Shown piece by piece: positions 39,140-50,929 of a DNA stretch of 64,000 bases. Position 1 is the first letter of the stretch. Every line of letters begins with the position of its first letter. A program made the position numbers and the translations under genes. Source of the DNA: Aequorivita sp. (GTDB lineage: Bacteria; Bacteroidota; Bacteroidia; Flavobacteriales; Flavobacteriaceae). Under the pieces are notes generated by a model. It was not told the DNA's origin. It saw nothing but the letters and a program-made list of their open reading frames with translations, and made no database searches. The stretch covers positions 517 through 64,516 of the forward strand of contig JAGQYY010000006.1 in the NCBI GenBank assembly GCA_020435825.1. The letters run 5' to 3'.

Positions 39140-40599
39140 TATTGTTAAAGGACATATTGTACAAAGTTACCATCGAAAGTGTTGTTGGCAGTACTTCCGT
39201 GGCTATAAACAATTTGGAATTTGACTCTAGAAATGTTTCTTTAAACGATGTTTTTATTGCGATAAAGGGAACGGTTTCAGACGGGCATCAATTCATAAAA
39301 AAAGCGGCTGATCAAGGTGCATTGGCTATTATTTGTGAAACTCTGCCAGAAAATATTGTAAATGGAATTACCTATGTCCAGGTTGCGGATCCACATAAAG
39401 CATTGGCAATTATGGCCGCCAATTACTACGGCAACCCTTCGGAAGAATTAAAGTTAGTTGGAATTACCGGAACCAACGGAAAAACTACGGTTTCTTCATT
39501 ATTATATCAACTTTTCAAAAAAGCTGGATTGGAAGCTGGTTTGCTTTCCACTGTAAAAATAATGGTAGGTGATACCGAGTATAAAGCGACACATACAACG
39601 CCAGACTCTTTGACCATCAACAAATATTTACGTGAAATGGTAGATGCAGGTGTGGAATATTGTTTTATGGAAGTGAGTTCCCACGGAATCCATCAAAAAC
39701 GCACGGAGTCGCTACATTTTGTGGGTGGCGTTTTTACGAATCTTTCCCACGATCATTTAGATTATCACAAGGATTTCGCGGAATACCGAGATGTGAAAAA
39801 ATCATTTTTTGATGAACTGCCAAGGACCGCTTTCGCACTGGTAAATGTGGATGACAAAAACGGGTTGGTAATGCTTCAGAATACAAAAGCGAAGAAATAT
39901 ACCTACGCCCTAAAAACCTATGCTGATTATAAAGCACAAGTATTGGAAAGTCAGTTTACAGGACAACTTCTGAAAATAAACAACCAGGAATTGTGGGTGA
40001 AATTGATTGGCGGCTTTAATGCATATAATTTGTTGGCAATCTTCGGAACAGCACAACTCTTAGGATTGGAAGAGCTCGAAATCCTTCAAATTATGAGCAC
40101 TTTGGAAAGTGTTGGCGGAAGGTTTCAGTATTTAATTTCAGAGAAGAAAATTACAGCAATTGTTGATTATGCGCATACGCCTGATGCTTTAAAAAATGTT
40201 TTGGAAACCATAAACAGCATCCGCACCGGTAACGAGGAAGTTATAACGGTTGTTGGCTGTGGGGGCGATCGAGATGTGCAAAAGCGCCCGGTTATGGGAA
40301 ATATCGCAGCTTCTTTGAGTACCAAGGTGGTTTTTACCAGTGACAATCCACGTAGTGAAAACCCAGAAAAAATTATAGAACAAATTGAAGCCGGTGTACC
40401 TGCGGAACATTATAAAAAAACGATTTCAATAACAAATAGGAAGGAAGCCATTAAAATCGCTTGCCAAATAGCCGAGGAAAACGACATCATTTTAATTGCA
40501 GGAAAAGGCCATGAAACCTATCAAGAAATTAACGGTGAGCGTTTTGATTTTGATGATTTTAAAATAGTGAACCAACTTTTAACAGCCTTAAATAAATAG
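39136..40599 (+). CDS. murE: UDP-MurNAc-tripeptide synthetase
   Basis: GTNGKTT, MEVSSH, DYAHTPD, DNPR, AGKGHE. Confidence 0.95.
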   Translation: MILLKDILYKVTIESVVGSTSVAINNLEFDSRNVSLNDVFIAIKGTVSDGHQFIKKAADQGALAIICETLPENIVNGITYVQVADPHKALAIMAANYYGNPSEELKLVGITGTNGKTTVSSLLYQLFKKAGLEAGLLSTVKIMVGDTEYKATHTTPDSLTINKYLREMVDAGVEYCFMEVSSHGIHQKRTESLHFVGGVFTNLSHDHLDYHKDFAEYRDVKKSFFDELPRTAFALVNVDDKNGLVMLQNTKAKKYTYALKTYADYKAQVLESQFTGQLLKINNQELWVKLIGGFNAYNLLAIFGTAQLLGLEELEILQIMSTLESVGGRFQYLISEKKITAIVDYAHTPDALKNVLETINSIRTGNEEVITVVGCGGDRDVQKRPVMGNIAASLSTKVVFTSDNPRSENPEKIIEQIEAGVPAEHYKKTISITNRKEAIKIACQIAEENDIILIAGKGHETYQEINGERFDFDDFKIVNQLLTALNK

Positions 40600-40602
40600 C
40601 CA

Positions 40603-41835
40603 ATGCTTTATTATCTTTTTGAATATTTGGATAAAACATACGACGTGCCGGGCGCGGGGCTGTTTAATTTTATTACGTTTCGAGCGATTTTGGCGGTTAT
40701 TCTTTCGCTATTTATTGCAACTGTTTATGGAAAAAAAATAATCAAATACCTTCAGAAAAAGCAAGTAGGTGAATCCATTCGCGACCTTGGTTTGGAAGGT
40801 CAAAACGAAAAAGCTGGAACACCGACAATGGGCGGGATCATCATTATTCTCGCTACGCTGATTCCTGTATTGCTCTTCGCGAAGCTGGAAAATATTTACG
40901 TGATTCTTCTGATAGTTACCACACTATGGATGGGAGCCATTGGTTTTATTGACGATTACATCAAAAAATTTAAAAACGACAAACAAGGTCTGCCGGGAAA
41001 ATTTAAAATAATTGGACAGGTTGGCTTGGGAATTTTCGTAGGAGTAACAATGTATTTGCATCCAGACATTGTAGTTCAGCGAAATATTGAAAATCCTGGA
41101 GCGGAAACTCAAATAATAGCTAAAGGCCCCACCAATGAATTTTATGTAAAAGACAAAGCGTTGTTGACTACAATTCCATTTGTAAAAGAAAACGAATTTA
41201 ATTATTCAGAACTTATAAGTTGGGCAGGTAAAAATTACCAAAGTTATGTTTGGCTCATTTTTATTCCAATCGTGATTTTTATTATAACTGCGGTTTCAAA
41301 TGGTGCTAATCTCACCGATGGAATTGATGGACTTGCAGCTGGAACATCTGCAATTATTGGAATCACACTTGCACTTTTTGCTTGGGTTTCTGGTAATGTG
41401 ATTTTTGCTGATTATCTCAATATTATGTACATCCCAAATACGGGCGAAATGACCATTTTCACCACCGCATTCGTTGGTGCGCTTATAGGGTTTTTATGGT
41501 ATAACACTTATCCCGCACAAGTATTTATGGGCGATACGGGAAGTTTGACCATTGGTGGAATTATAGCCGTAATTGCGATTGCCGTGCGTAAGGAATTGTT
41601 GATACCCATTCTCTGTGGAATATTTCTGATGGAAAACCTATCAGTTGTTCTGCAAGTGAGTTGGTTCAAATACACAAAGAAAAAGTTTGGTGAGGGGAGG
41701 CGCATTTTCAGAATGTCGCCACTGCACCATCATTATCAAATAAAGGGTTTTCACGAAAGTAAAATCGTAACTAGGTTTTGGATCGTGGGGATTTTTTTGG
41801 CAATTATAACCATTGTCACACTAAAAATACGGTAA
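40603..41835 (+). CDS. mraY: Phospho-MurNAc-pentapeptide transferase
   Basis: [28 protein letters not shown]. Confidence 0.96.
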   Translation: MLYYLFEYLDKTYDVPGAGLFNFITFRAILAVILSLFIATVYGKKIIKYLQKKQVGESIRDLGLEGQNEKAGTPTMGGIIIILATLIPVLLFAKLENIYVILLIVTTLWMGAIGFIDDYIKKFKNDKQGLPGKFKIIGQVGLGIFVGVTMYLHPDIVVQRNIENPGAETQIIAKGPTNEFYVKDKALLTTIPFVKENEFNYSELISWAGKNYQSYVWLIFIPIVIFIITAVSNGANLTDGIDGLAAGTSAIIGITLALFAWVSGNVIFADYLNIMYIPNTGEMTIFTTAFVGALIGFLWYNTYPAQVFMGDTGSLTIGGIIAVIAIAVRKELLIPILCGIFLMENLSVVLQVSWFKYTKKKFGEGRRIFRMSPLHHHYQIKGFHESKIVTRFWIVGIFLAIITIVTLKIR

Positions 41836-41836
41836 G

Positions 41837-43181
41837 GTGAAACAACGATTGGTGATTTTGGGCGGTGGCGAAAGCGGGGTTGGAACTGCCATTTTAGGAA
41901 AAAAAAAGGGGTTTGAAGTATTTGTTTCAGACTTCGGAAAAATAAAAGAGAAGTACAAACAAGTTCTTATAAATAATGGAATTGAATGGGAAGAGGAAGG
42001 CCATTCCGAAGAAAAAATCCTTTTCGCGGATGTAGTGATGAAGAGTCCGGGAATTCCCGATAAGGCACCAATCATAAAAAAACTGCACGAAAAGGCAGTG
42101 AAGGTAATTTCCGAAATTGAATTTGCTTCAAAATTCACAAAGGCAACAATCGTGGGAATTACAGGAAGTAACGGAAAAACAACAACTGCAAGTTTGACTT
42201 ATGAATTGTTGAATAATGGAAAAAAAAGGCTTGAACGTGGCTTTGGGAGGAAACATTGGGAAGAGTTTTGCCGAACAGGTTTCCGAGGAAAAATATGAAA
42301 ATTTCGTGCTGGAGCTTAGCAGTTTTCAGCTTGACGGAATTGAAACCTTTGCGCCGCACATTGCAATTTTGACCAATTTGAGTCCGGACCATTTGGACAG
42401 ATATGATTATAAATATGAAAATTATATCGCTTCAAAATTTCGGATTGCGATGAACCAGACATCACAGGATTACTTCATTTATGATGCTGATGATGTGGAA
42501 ATATTGAAATGGCTTTCGCAAAATTCCATACAATCGCAACCGCTGCCTTTTTCAACAAAAAAAGAATTGAATCAGGGGGCTTTTAAAAGAAACAACGAAA
42601 TAATAATAAAAATAAATAACACAGAATTTACTATGCCAATCGCAACAATCGGAATACAGGGGGAACACAATCTAAAGAACGCAATGGCCGCCAGTATGGT
42701 AGCTACATTATTGAGAATTAGGAAACAGACCATTCGTGAAAGTTTGGAGGGTTTCCAGGGTGTAGAACACAGATTGGAAAAAGTTTTGAAAATCAATAAT
42801 GTAATGTATATCAATGACTCTAAAGCCACAAATGTAAATGCTACCTTTTTTGCCCTAGATAGTATGGAAAACCCAACCGTTTGGATTGTTGGCGGTGTTG
42901 ACAAAGGCAATGATTACAGTGAGCTTTTGCCTTTGGTAAACGAAAAGGTGAAAGCAATTATCTGCCTTGGTGTTGACAATCAAAAAATTATAAACGCCTT
43001 CGGAAATATTGTTGATACCATTATTGAAACAGATTCTATGGCGATGGCCGTACAAATTGCATACAGATTAGCTGAGCGTAACAATACCGTGCTGCTTTCT
43101 CCCGCCTGTGCGAGTTTTGATTTATTTGAAAACTACGAGGATCGGGGCAGACAGTTTAAAGAAGCTGTGAGGAATTTATAA
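41837..43181 (+). CDS. murD: MurD ligase split by one frameshift in an A8 run (42220-42227)
   Basis: N-part GGGESG...ITGSNGKTT (ORF 41837-42298) and C-part GGNIG, ELSSFQL, NDSKATN, SPACASFD (ORF 42216-43181); removing one A fuses them. Confidence 0.88.
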
Positions 43182-43198
43182 TAACCAATAAGCCAGAA

Positions 43199-44389
43199 GT
43201 GAAAAACATATTTAGCTACATACAAGGTGATAGAGCAATCTGGGGAATAGTAGGCCTTTTGGCGTTGTTTTCCTTTTTACCTGTTTACAGTGCGAGTAGT
43301 AATTTGGCATATTTGTATGGAGATGGGAGCACACTTCCTTATCTGTTTAGGCATTTTGCACATTTGGTATTGGGCTTTGCCATTTTGTATGGCGTCCATA
43401 AAATTCCGTACAATTATTTTCGAGGGCTTTCTATTATTGCGATTCCTGTTGTAATCCTACTTTTAATTATAACAATGGCTGAAGGAACAACCATTGAAGG
43501 CGCAAACGCCAGTCGCTGGATACGCTTGCCGTTTGTGGGCATAACTTTTCAAACTTCCACTTTGGCGGGAGTAGTTTTGATGACATATGTGGCGCGCTAT
43601 CTATCGCGAATAAAGGATAAAGTCGTTACTTTCAAAGAAACAATTTTACCACTTTGGATGCCTGTATTTATAGTACTTGCTTTGATTCTTCCCGCAAATT
43701 TTTCTACCACAGCAATCTTTTTTTTAATGATTGTGATGTTGGTTTTTGTAGGGGGCTATCCGCTGAAATATTTGGGCATAATTCTCGGTGCTGGACTAAT
43801 ATTTCTGACACTTTTTGTACTATCTGCAAAGGCATTTCCTGGCGTTTTTCCCAACCGTGTTGACACATGGATTAGTAGGGTGGAAAATTTCACGGATAAT
43901 AAAGACACTGAAGCTGACTATCAAATAGAAAAAGCAAAAATAGCTATCGCCTCTGGAGGTATAACGGGTTTAGGTCCGGGCAAGAGTGTTCAGAAAAACT
44001 TTTTGCCACAGTCTTCTTCAGATTTTATTTATGCAATAATTGTAGAAGAGTTTGGTCTTTTCGGTGGACTATTTTTAATGGTACTCTATCTGTTTTTACT
44101 TTTCCGAATTGTAGTTGTGGCACATAAATCAACCTCTGTTTTTGGAAAGTTATTGGTCATTGGAGTTGGAATGCCTATCGTTTTTCGGGCGATGATAAAT
44201 ATGGCAGTTGCGGTGGAATTATTCCCGGTAACGGGGCAGAATTTACCATTGATAAGTAGTGGCGGCACCTCTATTTGGATGACGTGTTTGGCTTTGGGAA
44301 TGGTTTTGAGCGTGAGCGCCAAAAGAGAAATAGTTGCAAAAGAAGACAAAGAAGAAAACCCATTGGATATTTTAAGCGAAGCGATTTGA
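43199..44389 (+). CDS. ftsW: Cell division protein FtsW
   Basis: GASRWI-like motif, [23 protein letters not shown]. Confidence 0.93.
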   Translation: MKNIFSYIQGDRAIWGIVGLLALFSFLPVYSASSNLAYLYGDGSTLPYLFRHFAHLVLGFAILYGVHKIPYNYFRGLSIIAIPVVILLLIITMAEGTTIEGANASRWIRLPFVGITFQTSTLAGVVLMTYVARYLSRIKDKVVTFKETILPLWMPVFIVLALILPANFSTTAIFFLMIVMLVFVGGYPLKYLGIILGAGLIFLTLFVLSAKAFPGVFPNRVDTWISRVENFTDNKDTEADYQIEKAKIAIASGGITGLGPGKSVQKNFLPQSSSDFIYAIIVEEFGLFGGLFLMVLYLFLLFRIVVVAHKSTSVFGKLLVIGVGMPIVFRAMINMAVAVELFPVTGQNLPLISSGGTSIWMTCLALGMVLSVSAKREIVAKEDKEENPLDILSEAI

Positions 44390-45480
44390 AACTAAAATTC
44401 ATCATATCGGGCGGCGGAACCGGAGGTCATATTTACCCTGCCATCGCTATTGCGAATGAGTTGAAAACTCGTTTCCCAGAGGCTGATTTTTTGTTTGTTG
44501 GCGCTCAAGATAGAATGGAAATGGAGAAAGTACCACAAGCGGGATATAAAATTATAGGGCTGTGGATTTCTGGATTACAGCGGAGTTTATCGATTCAAAA
44601 TTTAGCCTTTCCCTTAAAACTTGTTTCCAGTTTGCGAAAATCCCAAAAAATTTTAAAAGATTTTAAACCAAATGTCGCGATAGGAACTGGGGGGTATGCA
44701 AGTGCTCCATTGTTGCGAATGGCAGCGTTGCGAAGTATTCCGTGTTTGATTCAGGAACAAAATAGTCACGCGGGAATTACAAACAAGTGGTTGAGCAGTA
44801 AAGTCCAAAAAATATGTGTGGCCTATGAAGGGATGCAACGGTTCTTTCCTTCGGAAAAAATAAAGGTTACGGGCAATCCCGTAAGGCAAGATATTCTGGA
44901 TATTTCTTCCAAAAAAGAAGAGGGGATGACTTTCTTCAATTTAAAAAAGGAGAGGAAAACATTATTGGTTTTGGGCGGAAGTTTGGGTGCAAGAAGAGTA
45001 AACCAATTGATAGAAAAATCATTGCCATTTTTCGAAAAAAACAATTTGCAAGTAATTTGGCAATGCGGAAAATATTACGAAGAAACCTATAAAAACAAAG
45101 GAAGCGAAACGGTGCAAGTCCACACTTTTTTAAACCGAATGGACTTGGCATACGCCGCAGCAGACTTCATCATTTCACGGGCGGGAGCACTTTCGGTTTC
45201 GGAACTTTGTTTGGTTGGCAAACCCGTTATTTTTATTCCATCTCCAAACGTGGCCGAAGACCACCAAACTAAAAACGCAATGGCTATTTCAGAAAAAGAT
45301 GCAGCGCTTTTGATCAAAGAAAATGATTTGGATTCTACGTTTGAAAATGAATTTTCTGAATTGATTTCTTCAGAAGAAAAACAAAAAGCCCTTTCGCAAA
45401 ATATAAAAAAACTGGCGAAACCAAATGCAACCAAGGATATAGTTGAAGAGATTGAAAAATTATTGAAACTCAAAAATTGA
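44386..45480 (+). CDS. murG: Lipid II GlcNAc transferase
   Basis: [25 protein letters not shown]; TTG start overlapping the ftsW stop. Confidence 0.94.
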   Translation: MKLKFIISGGGTGGHIYPAIAIANELKTRFPEADFLFVGAQDRMEMEKVPQAGYKIIGLWISGLQRSLSIQNLAFPLKLVSSLRKSQKILKDFKPNVAIGTGGYASAPLLRMAALRSIPCLIQEQNSHAGITNKWLSSKVQKICVAYEGMQRFFPSEKIKVTGNPVRQDILDISSKKEEGMTFFNLKKERKTLLVLGGSLGARRVNQLIEKSLPFFEKNNLQVIWQCGKYYEETYKNKGSETVQVHTFLNRMDLAYAAADFIISRAGALSVSELCLVGKPVIFIPSPNVAEDHQTKNAMAISEKDAALLIKENDLDSTFENEFSELISSEEKQKALSQNIKKLAKPNATKDIVEEIEKLLKLKN

Positions 45481-46832
45481 AAGATTTAAACCAAATACAA
45501 ACTTTTTACTTCGTCGGTATTGGCGGCATTGGAATGAGTGCGCTTGCACGTTATTTCAAAATGCAGGGTAAGACTGTTTTTGGTTATGATAAAACTTCGA
45601 CAGATTTGACAGATGAATTGGTTGCCGAAGGAATTCCAGTGACTTTTATCGATGAAATTTCTGAAATTCAAAAAGAAGTTGTTTCAAAAGAAAATGTTTT
45701 GGTGGTTTTCACGCCTGCAATTCCACGGGGTAACAAGATTTTAAACTATTTCTTTTCCGAAGAATTTTCAATTTTAAAACGAGCCCAGCTTTTGGGTGAA
45801 GTTTCTAAAAACACCCTTTGCCTCGCCGTTGCCGGAACGCACGGTAAGACAACAACTTCAGCAATTTTAGGTCATTTACTTGCTGAATGTAATATGCCCG
45901 TAACTGCATTTTTGGGTGGAATTGCAGAGAATTACAATTCAAATTTTATTTACAAAGGCAGCGAAATAACTGTTGTGGAGGCTGATGAATTTGACCGTTC
46001 ATTCCTTCAGCTTCGGCCAGACATTGCTTGTGTAACTTCAATGGATGCCGACCATTTGGATATTTATGGAGATGCTAATGAAATAGAAAACGCTTTTCGA
46101 ACCTTTGCTAAATTGGTAGAAAAAGATGAAAACGTATTCATCAAGAAGAATCTACCGCTGGACGGAATGACCGTTGCCGTTGAAGAACCATCTGATTATG
46201 AGGCGCAGAACGTGAAAGTTAAAGATGGCGCATACATTTTTAATTTAAAAACCCCCAATGGAACTTTAGAGGACCTAACCTTCAGTCTTCCTGGAAGACA
46301 TAACCTTACAAATGCCATAATGGCTTTGGGCATGGCGATTTTAGCAGGCTCCCCAACCGATCGTCTGCCCAAAGCATTGGCAACTTTTAAAGGCGTAAAA
46401 CGCCGTTTTTCATATAAAATCAAAACTGAAAGTTTGGTTTTGATCGATGATTATGCACATCATCCCACCGAGATTGACGCCTTGTTTCAAGCTGTGGATG
46501 AAATGTACCCCGATGATCACAAACAGATTGTCTTTCAACCGCATCTTTTCAGCAGAACACGTGATTTTGCCGAAGGTTTTGCAAAAAGTCTATCGCAATT
46601 TGACGAGGTAGTACTGCTGGATATTTATCCTGCAAGGGAAGAGCCTATTGAAGAAATTACATCAGAATGGCTTTTAAATAAGATAAATGTAGATCAAAAA
46701 AGAGTGGTATTCAAATCAGCTTTGCCCGAAGTATTATTGAAATCCAAATGCCGAATAAAACTGCTTGTAGGTGCCGGTGACATTGGCGCTGAGGTAAATA
46801 AGTTAACTCAAAAATTAAAAAATGAAGCGTAG
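45477..46832 (+). CDS. murC: UDP-MurNAc-L-alanine ligase
   Basis: [30 protein letters not shown]. Confidence 0.95.
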   Translation: MKDLNQIQTFYFVGIGGIGMSALARYFKMQGKTVFGYDKTSTDLTDELVAEGIPVTFIDEISEIQKEVVSKENVLVVFTPAIPRGNKILNYFFSEEFSILKRAQLLGEVSKNTLCLAVAGTHGKTTTSAILGHLLAECNMPVTAFLGGIAENYNSNFIYKGSEITVVEADEFDRSFLQLRPDIACVTSMDADHLDIYGDANEIENAFRTFAKLVEKDENVFIKKNLPLDGMTVAVEEPSDYEAQNVKVKDGAYIFNLKTPNGTLEDLTFSLPGRHNLTNAIMALGMAILAGSPTDRLPKALATFKGVKRRFSYKIKTESLVLIDDYAHHPTEIDALFQAVDEMYPDDHKQIVFQPHLFSRTRDFAEGFAKSLSQFDEVVLLDIYPAREEPIEEITSEWLLNKINVDQKRVVFKSALPEVLLKSKCRIKLLVGAGDIGAEVNKLTQKLKNEA

Positions 46833-47538
46833 TATTGAAATTATAAAATTTATATTTCTTCTAGGATTGATGGCCTTCCTTTTCAGCTTCACGAAAAAGC
46901 GAAATGATGCTAGAAAAATCACAAAACTAGACGTTGTGTTTGTTGATGAAAATAGCCCCTTTATTACCTACAATACAGTTAATAAATTGTTGATACAAAA
47001 TCATGACAAGGTTACGAGCATAGGTAAAGAAACTTTAGTTTTGAAGAAGATGGAGCAAAGACTGCTGGAAAACCCTATGGTTCGTGATGCTCAGGTCTAT
47101 ATATCGGTGGACGGTACCTTAGGGGCTAAAATTGAACAACGCAAACCAATAGGCAGGGTATCTGCTTCGCCGGATTATTACTTGGACGCTGATGGCAAAA
47201 AGATGCCGTTGTCTGATGTGTACTCGGCAAGAGTGCCTATAATTACGGGGACTTCAAAAAATAATTTTGCTGAAGTTACCCCTTTGTTGCTTAAAATTGA
47301 AAGCGATGAGTTTATGAAAAGCAGTGTGGTGGGTTTAAACCGAAAAACAGGTGGTGATATAGAATTAGAGCTACGGAAGGTAGATTTTAAAGTGCTTTTT
47401 GGACAACCTGAAAACATTGATAAAAAGTTTCAAAATTTTAAAGCATTTTATAAGAAAACAAAACAGGACAGTACGCTGTATGGATACAATAATGTAAATC
47501 TGAAATTTGACAATCAGGTAATCGCCACAAAAAAGTAA
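46822..47538 (+). CDS. ftsQ: Cell division protein FtsQ
   Basis: TM plus POTRA-like region, between murC and ftsA. Confidence 0.82.
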   Translation: MKRSIEIIKFIFLLGLMAFLFSFTKKRNDARKITKLDVVFVDENSPFITYNTVNKLLIQNHDKVTSIGKETLVLKKMEQRLLENPMVRDAQVYISVDGTLGAKIEQRKPIGRVSASPDYYLDADGKKMPLSDVYSARVPIITGTSKNNFAEVTPLLLKIESDEFMKSSVVGLNRKTGGDIELELRKVDFKVLFGQPENIDKKFQNFKAFYKKTKQDSTLYGYNNVNLKFDNQVIATKK

Positions 47539-47542
47539 GACC

Positions 47543-48913
47543 ATGGAAAACGAGAATATTGCTGTAGGATTGGATATTGGAACTACCAAAATAGTCGCAA
47601 TGATTGGTAGGAAAAATGATTATGGCAAAATGGAAATATTGGGAATAGGAAAAGCGAAAAGTCTTGGTGTGCACCGTGGTGTCGTTAATAACATTACCCA
47701 AACCATTCAGTCCATTCAGCAAGCTGTTCAGGATGCTGAAACATCTTCTGGATTGAAGATAAAAGAGGTAGTCGTGGGCATTGCAGGGCAGCACATCCGA
47801 AGTCTTCAGCACAGCGATTACATTACCCGCCCAAATGGCGAGGACGTTATTAGTGAAGAAGATATTGACAGGCTTTGCAACCAAGTACACAAGTTAGTGA
47901 TGCTTCCCGGGGAAGAAATATTGCATGTATTGCCACAGGATTTTAAGGTTGATGGGCAGGCTGAAATTAAAGAACCTATCGGAATGTACGGTGCGAGGTT
48001 GGAAGCAAATTTTCATGTAGTAGTTGGGCAGGTTTCTTCCATCAGAAATGTGGGCAGATGTATAAAAAGTGCTGGACTTGAGCTTTCGGCAATTACGCTG
48101 GAACCTTTGGCATCTGCGAAAGCGGTGTTGAGCCAAGAGGAAAAGGAGGCAGGTGTTGCGTTGATTGACATAGGAGGTGGAACGACGGATTTAGCAATTT
48201 TTAAAGACGGAATCATACGTCATACGGCAGTAATTCCTTTCGGTGGAAATGTGATTACGGAAGATATAAAAGAAGGTTGCTCAATAATTGAAAAGCAGGC
48301 AGAACTGCTGAAGATAAAATTTGGCTCAGCTTGGCCCGGGGAAAACAAGGATAACGAGATTGTTTCAATTCCCGGCCTGCGTGGAAGGGAACCGAAAGAA
48401 ATCAGTTTAAAAAATCTTTCAAAAATTATTCACGCACGTGTTATCGAAATTATTGAGCAGGTGTATATGGAAATCAAAAATTACGGACACGAAGACCAGA
48501 AAAAGAAACTTATTGCGGGAATAGTACTTACGGGAGGTGGAGCGCAGCTTCAGCACATTAAACAGCTTGTTGAATACATTACGGGAATGGACACGCGTAT
48601 TGGTTATCCAAATGAGCATTTGGCGGGCGATAGCGATGCGGAAACTACTAGCCCAATGTATGCAACGGCAGTAGGCTTAGTGTTAAACAGTTTGGAAAGC
48701 AAAGAAAAATCTTCATTGATGAAACGTTTTTCCCATGAGGAAGTTGCGCCTGTTAAAGTAGATGCATCTGAATCAGTACAGCCAGAAACCAAGTTAGAAA
48801 CGGAAACAGGAAAAAAGGACAGAAAAAACAAAGAAAAGGAATCAAAAAGCTCAAAGAGGTTTTTTGATAAATGGGCAGAAAAGTTCAAGGAATTTTTGGA
48901 CAATGCCGAATAA
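47543..48913 (+). CDS. ftsA: Cell division protein FtsA
   Basis: GLDIGTTK, DIGGGTTD, VLTGGGA. Confidence 0.96.
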   Translation: MENENIAVGLDIGTTKIVAMIGRKNDYGKMEILGIGKAKSLGVHRGVVNNITQTIQSIQQAVQDAETSSGLKIKEVVVGIAGQHIRSLQHSDYITRPNGEDVISEEDIDRLCNQVHKLVMLPGEEILHVLPQDFKVDGQAEIKEPIGMYGARLEANFHVVVGQVSSIRNVGRCIKSAGLELSAITLEPLASAKAVLSQEEKEAGVALIDIGGGTTDLAIFKDGIIRHTAVIPFGGNVITEDIKEGCSIIEKQAELLKIKFGSAWPGENKDNEIVSIPGLRGREPKEISLKNLSKIIHARVIEIIEQVYMEIKNYGHEDQKKKLIAGIVLTGGGAQLQHIKQLVEYITGMDTRIGYPNEHLAGDSDAETTSPMYATAVGLVLNSLESKEKSSLMKRFSHEEVAPVKVDASESVQPETKLETETGKKDRKNKEKESKSSKRFFDKWAEKFKEFLDNAE

Positions 48914-48951
48914 TAAAACTGAAAAAGAAAAAGACCACAAATAGAAAAAAT

Positions 48952-50913
48952 ATGAGCAGCAAAACAGAATTTGACAACATTTCCTTCGATCTCCCCAAGA
49001 ACCAATCCAACGTGATTAAGGTGATTGGCGTTGGTGGTGGAGGGAGTAACGCCATTAACCATATGTTCAGCCAGGGCATAAAGGGAGTTGATTTTGTAAT
49101 ATGCAACACAGATGCACAGGCATTGGAAAATAGCCCTGTACCTATTAAGATCCAATTGGGGGTTTCTCTTACTGAAGGTTTGGGAGCTGGTGCAAACCCT
49201 AAGGTTGGCGAACAGTCTGCGGTGGAAAGCATGGAAGAAATTCGCAGTATGTTAACTACCAATACCAAAATGATCTTTATCACTGCAGGAATGGGTGGTG
49301 GTACAGGTACCGGTGCAGCACCAATTATAGCAAAAATGGCCAAGGATATGGACATTCTTACTGTGGGAATTGTTACAATTCCATTCCAGTTTGAAGGAAA
49401 GACCAGAAATGACCAAGCACAGATTGGAGTTGAAAAACTGCGTCAAAATGTGGATTCGTTGGTGGTTATCAACAATAATAAATTGCGCGAGGTTTACGGA
49501 AACCTTGGTTTTAAAGCAGGTTTCTCAAAAGCTGATGAAGTTTTGGCCACCGCCGCTCGTGGTATAGCCGAAGTGATTACACATCACTACACGCAAAACA
49601 TTGACCTTCGTGATGCTAAAACAGTGCTTGCTAATAGTGGAACGGCTATTATGGGAAGTGCTACCGCTTCAGGTGCCAATAGAGCGAAAGAGGCTATTGG
49701 AAGAGCTTTGGATTCCCCATTGCTGAATGATAACAAAATAAAAGGTGCCAAAAACGTGTTGCTGCTTATCGTTTCTGGAACAGATGAAATCACCATAGAT
49801 GAAATTGGCGAAATTAGTGATCACATTCAGGACGAAGCTGGCCACAGCGCAAACATTATTATGGGGGTTGGTGAAGAGAAAAGCCTTGAGGGTTCTATAT
49901 CTATCACAGTAATCGCTACTGGGTTCAACGTTGAACAGCAAAACGAAATTGTAAATACAGAAACAAAAAAAATAATCCACACGTTGGAAGATGAGCAAAA
50001 GGCTGAGCAAGATCTTACGCCAAAAGCTACTGCCTCACCTGTAAGATTACCAGAAAAACCATTGAATACAGCTCAAAAAACCGAAATCCCGGTGGTGAAG
50101 CATACATTGTTTGACGAAACTGAAGTTGAAGAAAAATTGCCGTTTAAAGGGTATATTAAAACTTCTGAATTACTTAAAAATATACATGTTTCTTATGAAG
50201 AGGTTGATGTTGAAAACATTGAGGAATTCAGCCAAGTTGAAATTAATAGAATAAACGTAAATGAGTTTGTGATTCTTGAGGCGCCTAAGAAACAAGTCGA
50301 AGAGGAAATAAAAGCTTCGGAAATGGATTCTGACGAACAAATTTTGATGTTTGACCTTCCTATAAATTCCCCAAAAAAACCTTTCAAAGACGAAGATAAG
50401 GAAGAAACTGTTTTCTTTAACTTGGAAGAATTTGAGGTTCAGGATCACGTAGAAATTGTTCCTATAACAGAAGTTTCTGGTGATGGAATAAAGCGTTATA
50501 GCTTAGATGACTACCAAGAGGTAGAAAATCAACTTAACAGTGCCAAACCTTCAAAATTGGTTTCAGAAGAAGTGGCAGATGAAGAAATAGTCTTTGAAAA
50601 AAGAACTGTTGCCGAGCCCAATACCGATGAAACCGAAATACAAGAAGAAGACCCATTGAATTCGCCAATCTCAAAAATTTTGAGCGATCGTACCGAAGAA
50701 CGCAAAAGAAAAATGAAGGAATTTAATTATAAATTCAAAAACAGCCCTTCCCGCATTGATGAGATTGAGAAGCAGCCCGCATACAAGCGTATGGGAATCG
50801 ATTTGAATGAAACCAAAAACGAACCGAATATCTCAAGAACCTCTGTGAATACAGAAGACGATGAGATTGAATTGCGCAAAAACAATTCATTTCTTCATGA
50901 TAATGTTGATTGA
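48952..50913 (+). CDS. ftsZ: Cell division protein FtsZ with long acidic linker
   Basis: GGGGSNA, GMGGGTGTG; C-terminal PAYKR...NNSFLHDNVD; start at ATG 48952. Confidence 0.96.
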   Translation: MSSKTEFDNISFDLPKNQSNVIKVIGVGGGGSNAINHMFSQGIKGVDFVICNTDAQALENSPVPIKIQLGVSLTEGLGAGANPKVGEQSAVESMEEIRSMLTTNTKMIFITAGMGGGTGTGAAPIIAKMAKDMDILTVGIVTIPFQFEGKTRNDQAQIGVEKLRQNVDSLVVINNNKLREVYGNLGFKAGFSKADEVLATAARGIAEVITHHYTQNIDLRDAKTVLANSGTAIMGSATASGANRAKEAIGRALDSPLLNDNKIKGAKNVLLLIVSGTDEITIDEIGEISDHIQDEAGHSANIIMGVGEEKSLEGSISITVIATGFNVEQQNEIVNTETKKIIHTLEDEQKAEQDLTPKATASPVRLPEKPLNTAQKTEIPVVKHTLFDETEVEEKLPFKGYIKTSELLKNIHVSYEEVDVENIEEFSQVEINRINVNEFVILEAPKKQVEEEIKASEMDSDEQILMFDLPINSPKKPFKDEDKEETVFFNLEEFEVQDHVEIVPITEVSGDGIKRYSLDDYQEVENQLNSAKPSKLVSEEVADEEIVFEKRTVAEPNTDETEIQEEDPLNSPISKILSDRTEERKRKMKEFNYKFKNSPSRIDEIEKQPAYKRMGIDLNETKNEPNISRTSVNTEDDEIELRKNNSFLHDNVD

Positions 50914-50929
50914 TTCTTTTAATTAACAC

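Noticed and set aside
37139-48913. murF and ddl missing from the dcw cluster
   Set aside because: Usual arrangement in Bacteroidota; these genes are typically elsewhere.
49930-50700. Very long acidic FtsZ linker as a possible insertion
   Set aside because: Long linkers are typical of flavobacterial FtsZ and no repeat boundaries are visible.
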